Source of the DNA: Flaccisagitta enflata
Lineage: Eukaryota
Reading direction: 5' to 3'
Assembly (NCBI GenBank): GCA_965153355.1
Contig: OZ231126.1
Coordinates: 13,144,001 to 13,208,000, forward strand
DNA: 64,000 bases
Below, piece after piece: positions 52,964-64,000 of this stretch (the first letter of the stretch is position 1; each line of letters starts with the position of its first letter). Below the pieces are notes generated by a model that was given only the letters and a program-made list of their open reading frames with translations, made no database searches and was not told the DNA's origin. The position numbers and the translations under genes are program-made.

Positions 52964-55900
52964 TTTATTCTATTCTTAATTCTTAGGCCAATGAAAAACG
53001 CACGCGGATTCCAAGAAAACGCCAGCACCTACAGCTTTATACCGAGGTCTGGGCTTCGTCTTGGATAGAAGAAGTTGACGGAAACTAAATTGATTCAATG
53101 AACCGGAATATTGCTATATTTATGATGAATAATGAATGATGAAAATTGATACTATTTTACACCTTGAACTGATTTTGATGGTTAAATTTTGAATCCATTT
53201 CCAAAACTCATTGTTCGTGTTTGTACTTTCATGCAATTTAGAAATTATTGAGGCCAAGAAGACCAAATTCAAGGCCCTATGGCTGGAAAGGCTGTATTCG
53301 GGGGTCTATGAGGCTTTTTTTGGGACTTTAGAGATAGGGACAGAAAGATCGCGGTAGTCGCTGCCCTGCTTTGAGGGATGATCCGGAGTTGTAGAGTGAT
53401 AGCAAGGCAGTGGCCCTAGAGGGCTGATGCTGTGTAGAACACAGATGAATTTTTTAAAGTCCATACATCCTTCCATACTGCCGTAGTTGGAAAGTGCAGG
53501 CCTTATTGATACACAGGGGGGAGATATAAGCTATGGGAGGGCTTAGTTAAAACTGCGGTTAGCCATTTTGGTTTGAAAATGCATACAGAGCGCCAATTTC
53601 TTGCTTGAGCTAATTTTAGGTCTGAGAGCGCCACATTGTGGCCTGAGAGGGATTTATATAGGCATGAGAAGCTCAGGGATGTGTGGAAGAATGGGAGAAG
53701 ATACGGATGCATGTAAATTCACCCCTGTGGTAGACAGGACACTTAATTGGTCCTTTGGGACCGCTCCCCAAAAAGAGCCTGAAAGAAATAAGAATAGAGA
53801 ACAAAAGAAAGGCAAAAGTAGAGAATAAAAGAAATAGAAATTAAAGCGTTGCCTGGTGGCTGGTGTATGTTTAGTCGAATTCTTGTTTGCTGACACGTTG
53901 GGAAACAGGATAGCGCCTCTATTATTTCTTCGCAAGCTTATTTTTTCAAAGATGTGAAATTGTGCGCATCTATACTGTACTGTAGTCCCTCTGTTGTGTG
54001 TCTTGGTAGGTAGGTCCTTAAACTAGAGACCGGACACGCAACACGTTCAAATCACTGAGATCTATCGTAGAAAAACATCTAAATTGCGTGTGAATTAATT
54101 CATGAAAATGAGTTTGATATACATAAGATAAATAGTATTTACACGCGATTCACATATATGTGATAGAGGACACAAAATGCTGTTGGGAACTGTTTTCAGA
54201 AAATATTTTCTCCGATGCGCATCCACATCACATCTTTGCACCACATTTTCAAATAGAAACCACTCAACAAGAAAACTTAGGTTAAAGTAAGTAAGGGGAA
54301 ATGAACTATTATTTTAACCCAACTTCTGTTAAGTTATTGTTGTCTGGTTTGTATGAAAATTGAACCCAATTATTATTTTATTGAAGAAATACTTTCGAAA
54401 TATCTAATGAGGGTTATTTCAACAAAGTTTTCATAATAAGTGATGAATAATTTTTAGGTATCCCCTTGCTGCTTAAACCATTTTTCAAACACGATTTTAG
54501 GAATAGTGTTGATTTCCAGAGATAACTGCCCTTGCCAAGCTTGCAAAAATGATGGGTCATCCAAAAAACAACATGATTGACTTTATTGAGTTAAAGATTC
54601 TTTTATAAGTTTTTCCTGTTTATCCAGTATGCGGGGGTAAATTTTATAACTTTTCCTATTATTCTTTTCTAAAAAATCGCCTATCTTTCTTTTTTTGGCC
54701 TTTAGTAGGACCTAATTTGCATTATGTACCCCCGTTACGTTGACAAAATCTTTTAGCAATTGCAACGTGATATTCATGCGCATAATGTAACAAGCCCGAC
54801 CGGGCAAAGATGCGTCCGGACTGTGTCTCTGCGTGCATTGATCATGACAGATGGACGAACAGACGGATGAAACGAGTGAGTAGTATAGTGAAGGAGGCTC
54901 TCAGAACATGTTGGTTGATCATTTGTTTCAGTATAGGATCTCACCGTGGCCGAAAACAGCCGAGTAACGCGGTTTTTGCACAGGCGTAACGGACGGACGG
55001 ACGGACGGGCCGACGGACGGACGGACGGACAAACCCTCTTATAGAGATGCGTTCCTGATGGACGCATCTAAAAAGGAAAAAAAAAACTCGCTAAAAGATT
55101 CGATTGATTTGATTACGAATGTGCAGATTGCAGTGTATCTACTGAAAATGATAAACGCAAAAGCTCAATAAAGTCATTCTTCTTTAGGGGTGTAAGCTCA
55201 AAATACTGTGGCATGGTATTGCTGTAGAACTGCCGCGCCCCTGCCCAACCGTCCGCAACTGTCGCGTCGCCCAATTGGGCTTGTTTTATGCCCTCTGCCG
55301 TTTCTCTGAATTTGATGTTAAAGCAGGTGACGATTGGAAGCATATGGAGTTATATACTGATATAGATCGAGTCTGGCGGTGGTCAAAACTCGATGACACG
55401 CGTGAAAATGCCATTCTGCCATGGAATATCAAATCGCGATATTCATCACAATTCTCAGCTTAATTCCATTATTCGCTCTTTGTTATCGATATCGTTTTTG
55501 TTGCTTATCGATATCACGGGAAGCCTAAATTTCCGAAAAGGACACCCCCAAAAAATATGAATACACAAGAAAAGAACCAGTACAGCGACTCAAAAGGGTT
55601 AAAAGCGACCAGGCTGGTTTATATCAAGAGCTCTCACGAAAGAAAGAGATCTGGAATGAAAAAGAAAAAATATCCAAAAAAAAAAAGGGGAAAAATTCTA
55701 TTGTCGATGTTAATCATATTATATTTTTGAAAAGAAAAAAAAATGCATTTTTGTACCTGAATGAATATCAACAATAAATCCAAATTAAAAGACGACAAAT
55801 GGATGACTTTTTTCCAGGGCAAATATTCTTTTAACATTTTGCCAACAACAAAGACAACAAAAACAGCGGAAAAAAGGTCCGAAATTGAACAATGAATCAA

Positions 55901-56019
55901 AATTCGTGGAAAAAAAAATCTTTATGTCAAGAAAACTTAATGAAACGGAAACAAGTGGCAAAAACAAAGAAATCAGGGGCAGCTGTTTGGTTTTTTAAAT
56001 AATTTCTTTCATTTTTTTT

Positions 56020-57150
<1,131 letters not shown>

Positions 57151-57317
57151 CTATTCATAATATTCCTTTAATTATCTTTGTTCATGATGCAGAAAAGGTT
57201 CACCCAAAATGCCTCAACGCCCAAACGTCTACACGCATCTTATCGCCAACGTCGACGACGACGTCACCTAACATCACCGGAACACCCGCAGGCCGTCGTC
57301 AACCAAAGCAACGGGAG

Positions 57318-57371
<54 letters not shown>

Positions 57372-58369
57372 GTCGAGAAATAATATTGAGGTAATCAACA
57401 TTTTATGTTTGTTGGAAGGGAGATTCGATGAATTGCCGGTCTCTTGTCAAAGTGGGAAAATCTCATGAATTTTGTCCTGAAGGCAAAAACAACTTGTAAA
57501 TGAAGCAAAAAAGATGAAATGCAAAGAAATGGCATAAAAGGGCCATGTTGACTAACGACGCGTCCCCATTGAATTATAGAATTTACATATAAACCTATAA
57601 ACGAATTCACTAATTAGTGAAAAACAAATGAATAAAGAAATGATTGAGTGATTGATTAAATGAATGAATGAAAGAATGAAAAGATGAATGAATGATTGAT
57701 TGAATGATAGAATAATAGAATGATCGAATCCATAAATGAATATATGAATAAATGAAGAAGTAGAATAACTGCAGGTTTGATTGATGAAAGGATTACAGTG
57801 ATTTTGCTGCATTCAAGTATGACCAACCTACAGTCGTACGGACATTACCTCCAATACAAATATGGGAGGATGCGACAAAATGGCAGAATCAAATGAAAAT
57901 CCGTTCCGCTCTCCTCATCAATTGAATAATGATTCATTTCTCTATTTCCTAAATTGTACATCGGCAGCTACGCTGATGGATTTTTTAGTCGCGGACACGC
58001 AACTCTAAACCTGGCTTTGTCGGTCCGTCCACCCGCTCCTCCGTAGGTCGGTCCCTCCGAAACATTCTTGAAATGGAGTTTTCTTCTCGTCTCGTCAAAG
58101 GTAATTGTAAGATAAGTAAGAGAGAAATACGGTTGTACTGTAGTTTTGTAGCGCTGTATATATGTAATTCTGGAGAATTCTGCGGTAGTACTGCTGTGGT
58201 ACTGCGGCCACCCCCAAAGGTCGGCGACTTTTGCGGTTTTGCCCTGTGTAAGGCTTGCTTTCCTGCGTTGCAGTAATCAAGCGCGTTTTAAAGACGATTT
58301 TGATCCGGAGCCCACCGCCGTGATAACAAATGCACCACTTCAAAACCTGAAAAGATCCCACTCCAACAC

Positions 58370-58471
<102 letters not shown>

Positions 58472-58732
58472 CCACTGCCGTGCAAAACAGAATCTGTTAC
58501 AAATTCACGGTGCTCCATTTGCACCATAAAACTGGCTTCCCATAAAGATCGGTAATTCGGGCAACACCGCGACGACTGACCCCATTAAGTGGCACCCCGG
58601 AGAGAGAGAGAGAGAGAGAGAGAATACTTTGTCACTGTTACATAAGGTAAGGTGATTGAAATGCTTTTGTTCGCATATCTGGTAAGTTGCCTACCAGTAC
58701 TCGGTGGCATTTCCATGGCTCAGATTTGGACT

Positions 58733-59323
58733 CACTATGCTATTAAAAAAATTCTCGGTGGAAAGTCATATAACTGTGGGTTTTTCCGCATTTTCGAGCA
58801 GTATTGGGGTGTAAGAGCATGTAACTAGCAAAAACAAAATCATTCCCCGAGCGCTTTTTGAGTAATCTTCAAAATAGAACAAAATTAAACCTATCTTCAA
58901 TGCAGATTTCAATGAGTTGTACTGACTCATTTTTCGATTCCATATTGTTATTCTATACAAAATTTCTTTTCATTTGATAGGTAACACTATATGGTTTTAT
59001 ATAAAAATTAGGTTTTCATATTTTGAGCCACCATCACTTTTTTGCAGCGGTGACACAAAAAAATGAAAATCTAAATTTTTTGCCAAGTATAGAGTGCAGC
59101 CTATCAAATGAAAGGGAATTTTGCATAATTTGCATTTTGAATTTTGCATAATTTTTAATTTGCATAATTTGAATTTTGCATGCTTTTTGATTACTCAAAA
59201 AGCGCTCATGGAATGATTTTGTTTTTGCTAGTTACATGCTCTTACACCCCAATACTGCTCAAAAATGCAGAAAAACCCACAGTTACATGACTTTTCACTC
59301 AGAATTGTTTTGAAAGCACAGTG
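58733..59323. mobile_element. Non-autonomous TIR element with CAC...GTG termini and 4-bp TSD (Chapaev/Transib-like)
   Basis: GACT|CACTATGC...GCACAGTG|GACT with ~135-bp imperfect TIRs; the left arm (~35561-35580) has the empty site TTTGGACTATTT. Confidence 0.85.
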
Positions 59324-59592
59324 GACTATTCATTTTTCTTCATTGCTTAATTATCACTTGCTGCATTTCTGCCACTGATTGTACCGATTCAAACTTATCA
59401 ATGTTTTTAATCTTATTTCTTTTCTTTTTTGTATTGTTTTGTTTCGGTTTCGTTTCCGTTTTCGTTTCCGTTTTCGTTTGACTTAGTTTCTGACTTTTTT
59501 TCTCATTGTATTGGCGTGCACGGCAGCTAGTGAGAGTTTGAAGAGGGCCTTGCGAACCCCAACTGTCCAGTTACTGCGCACAATATCAAGTA

Positions 59593-59769
59593 CAGTTGAA
59601 CCCCGCTCTAACGGATTTCAGGGGACCAACAGTTTTCCTTTATCATAGGTAGACTTCTGTTATTGCTAACAAAGGAGATAAAAGAAATTAACTTGAACGG
59701 ACCATGAATTTGTGTTCGTTATAGGCGGAATTCCATTGGTGGCGGGTCCGTTAGAGCGGGGTTCAACTG
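59593..59769. mobile_element. Short MITE, TA TSD (pogo/Tigger-like termini)
   Basis: TA|CAGTTGAACCCCGCTCTAACGGA ... TCCGTTAGAGCGGGGTTCAACTG|TA. Confidence 0.88.
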
Positions 59770-59822
59770 TATGCACTCTGTCTCTGTCTCTGTCTCTGTC
59801 TCTGTCTCTGTCTCTCTGTCTC

Positions 59823-59936
<114 letters not shown>

Positions 59937-60171
59937 CATTTTGGCAATATGTTAGGTCCCTCGTGCGTCGTCTGGCTAAGGCAAAGGCGGTTTGTGACAC
60001 GAAGACAATTATCGTCATTTGGTCACATAAGATAACAACAGAAAGAAAAAAAGGATAAAGAAAATGAAATGGAGGAACGAGGTAAAAGGTAGTGAGTTGC
60101 TTTACCAGCAAAAACAACCATGATTATTCATTGATAACAAGGAAAACTCCACAAGCCACCTTCACCATCAC

Positions 60172-60966
<795 letters not shown>

Positions 60967-61105
60967 CCTTCAACGATTTAATCATCATCGATTCTAACCA
61001 CCAACTTCCGCATGAGGAAGCTTTTTGGTCTCAGGAGGCCACATAAGCTAATTTTTATGTCTTAAGGCCGTTTGTTCGGTCCTGCTGAGCTGCAACATGT
61101 CACGC

Positions 61106-61195
<90 letters not shown>

Positions 61196-61676
61196 CGATA
61201 TGTTGCAGTGCACAGGAAAAGCAATTTTGGAAAATCATTTCGCGTGAAATTCTTAATCTCTCTCTGAATGCAAAATTTTGCATTTCTAAGAACATGGCCC
61301 TTTTCCTATATGTTTTTAGAACAGGGCCATGTTTTTAAAAATGCAAATTCATGCATTCAGAGACAAATTAAGAATTTCACGTAAGACAAGTCAAGGAATG
61401 GAGGCTTATTTTCGATTTTTTTCTCTCAATTTTTCCAACTGATTTTGAACACTTAAATGATTCTCAATGCAAAAAAATAAATAATTTATACTAAAAATAC
61501 GATTTCTTTTGAAAAAATTTTGAATTCTTCATTTAATTTTCATCTAGAATATGATTTGACCGTGAAAATTGCCCCTTCCTGTGCACCTTGACATATGCTT
61601 TGCGTTGCCCTCCGCATCATAACCGTTCAACCCCCCACCAGTCTTTCACGGCTTCCAAAAACCCCCAGGGGGTTTC

Positions 61677-61779
<103 letters not shown>

Positions 61780-62443
61780 TTGAGGGGCAGGAGGCAATGC
61801 TGCCGCAACGGAGGATCGTGGCCACAGAGGCTGCTCTTTAGCCCTCAGGGGGGGCTTTTCCCAACAAGACAGCAAAGAATTTTGATAGCCGTAATGAAGG
61901 GACAACTGGTTATGCATATACTATGGACGGATTTTCAATGGGAACGACCAAAATGGGATATTCCACTGTGGGGGCGAATTTTTAGAAGTCGACACGCATC
62001 TCTATGTGTTGCCTTGTAAAACGTGGAGAAAACTTCCATAGGATTATAAGAGGATCATTTGCTCACTTATACAAAAATCTAAATGTTTACTATAACTATA
62101 CACTCATCGATACAAGCTTGTAATTATATGTAAAAAGTCATGCTATTAACTTAGTGAGACCAGTCTCTGACACTGAATTACAATCAACGAAACCATCATC
62201 TCGTCTAGAAATAGAATGATCGAAATCAGGCCCCATTTTCTCCATTTTCAACCCACAGTAAAGAATCTAAGATTTTAATGTCTTTTGTTTCTGATTCATG
62301 GCCAAAACATTTTGAAAGAAAATACCATCAAATTGGATTTCACGGTGAAGAGAGATGGGTGACAAAGTGTCATCGTCATCGTCGTTGTCATCGTCGTCAT
62401 CGTTGTCATCTTCATCACCATCGTCATGTTGTTGTTGTTATAG

Positions 62444-62618
<175 letters not shown>

Positions 62619-62633
62619 CTCCGTTTGTCGTTG

Positions 62634-63143
62634 TTAGTAGTCCTTGCGTCTTTCTTTGATGTTATCGCAGGTGAATTTCCCATCGGCTGTCCTTGTCAAA
62701 CAATGACCCAATTTCTCGATGTGATGAATTTCGGCCAAATCTTCCATTCGGGCTCCAATACCTGGACAATGAATCGAAGACACGAACGAATGAAGCTAAC
62801 GTATTTTGGTCCCTTATTACCATGACAACATCAACAACAACAACAACATCAAACCTTCGTGATCGTAATCTTCGTCTTCCGGCGCTGTGATTGGCTGTTC
62901 CGACCACCAATGAAAACACTCCGTTTTTTCACTCCCGATTTCAGCGCTTCCTTTTACTTCCTCACTTCCTCCGCCATTCGTGTATTTTGCTGCGCCATTC
63001 CTGACCTCGTTCCCGGCTTTCCCCGCGCCCATTTTGGCGTTATTTCCGGTTTTGACGTTGGATTTGACGTTGGCGCCACCAGATTGGGCGTCACTTTTGA
63101 CGCTGCCGTCGCTGTTAAGGTCGGTCTGGACGGCGCCAATCGA
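62634..63143 (-). CDS. Candidate last two exons of an unidentified gene (63143-62855 and 62761-62634)
   Basis: AG/GT boundaries, phase-1 junction, 96 + 41 open codons ending in TAA: SIGAVQTDLNSDG...FHWWSEQPITAPEDEDYDHE/GIGARMEDLAEIHHIEKLGHCLTRTADGKFTCDNIKERRKDY*; GC-rich relative to flanks. Confidence 0.5.
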
Positions 63144-63492
63144 CTGATTGGGTTTGGGTTCGATTCGACATCAATGATTGAGTTGATTTTTTTTATGTTC
63201 GAGACTAACGTAAGGTTTACACAAATAAGAACACTTGCATTCGAAATGCCAACTGCCAACCTCTTGCGATTTGTAAGGCGAACGATGGGTTAAGACAAAC
63301 GAACAATGTATGCCTACAAAGCATAAACCTTTTACAATCGGTATGGCAATATGTTGTAACACGCAAAGCAAAAACCTTTTGCGACTTGTAAGGCGATGGT
63401 ACCGCTTTGGGCAATTTGTCTGTGAGATTTCTTCCGTTTGGACGACCCAAATTATCAAAAGTCAAAATCGGGAAAGCAGACTTCGGACCGAT

Positions 63493-63835
63493 GATTGGGC
63501 ACACTTGACAAATGCCTACGAAGAAGAAGACAATGAGGGGGCTAGGGGGATGATTGGTCACACTTGAACAATGCCTTCAATGAAAAAGAAGAAGACAATG
63601 AAGGGAGTGGGTGATAATAGGACACACTTGACAAATGTCCACGAAGAAGAAGACAATGAGGGGGGTGGGGGGGGGGGGTGATTGGACACACTTGACAAAT
63701 GCCTACGAAGAAGAAGACAGTGAGGGGGGTGGGGAAATGATCGGACACACTTGACAAATGCCTATGAAGAAGAAGACATTGAGGGGGGTGGGGGGATGAC
63801 TGCACACACTTGACAAATTCCTTCAATGAAGGGGG
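63493..63835. repeat. ~60-bp minisatellite, ~6 copies
   Basis: CACACTTGACAAATGCCTACGAAGAAGAAGACAATGAGGGGG...GATTGG repeats in tandem. Confidence 0.9.
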
Positions 63836-64000
63836 GGAAGTGAACAAAAAGTAGGTAAGGAGGATTGTTGGAGATGAGGATCGGGGGTGGCCGGTGGGTG
63901 GGTTAGAGTCGTGTGCACCCGTTCTGCGCGCGAAAAAGCGAAATCACTTGGTCACCTGCTTCGTTAATTCACACACATACCGCTCATTCCGCTCACTCGA

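Noticed and set aside
61242-61382. ~140-bp hairpin as a possible miRNA or ncRNA
   Set aside because: AT-rich imperfect palindrome indistinguishable from the many MITE remnants here; no supporting evidence.

Overview
Repeat-rich, AT-rich eukaryotic (animal-like) genomic DNA with spliceosomal introns, many microsatellites and non-autonomous DNA transposons; most long ORFs in the track are microsatellite artefacts. Supported content: (1) a ~24-kb interrupted inverted duplication (arms ~35377-47898 and ~50183-59509, spacer containing a 10-N gap). Each arm carries a multi-exon gene missed by the ORF track, encoding a secreted prepro-protein of tandem inhibitor-cystine-knot-like (C-C-CC-C-C) modules: 5 knots on the left (-), 6 on the right (+), head-to-head, with different in-frame internal duplications and mostly amino-acid-changing divergence. 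(2) Three correctly spliceable exons of the C-terminal part of BBS9/PTHB1 (-), plus decayed copies of one exon. (3) A disrupted Penelope-like reverse transcriptase inside a 5-kb TIR element with an 8-bp TSD. (4) A CpG-poor first ~16 kb with about 18 copies of an extended octamer motif (TCATTTGCATATTG) in otherwise decayed repeat units. (5) Several candidate exons or ORFs of unknown genes. The organism cannot be identified from the sequence alone.
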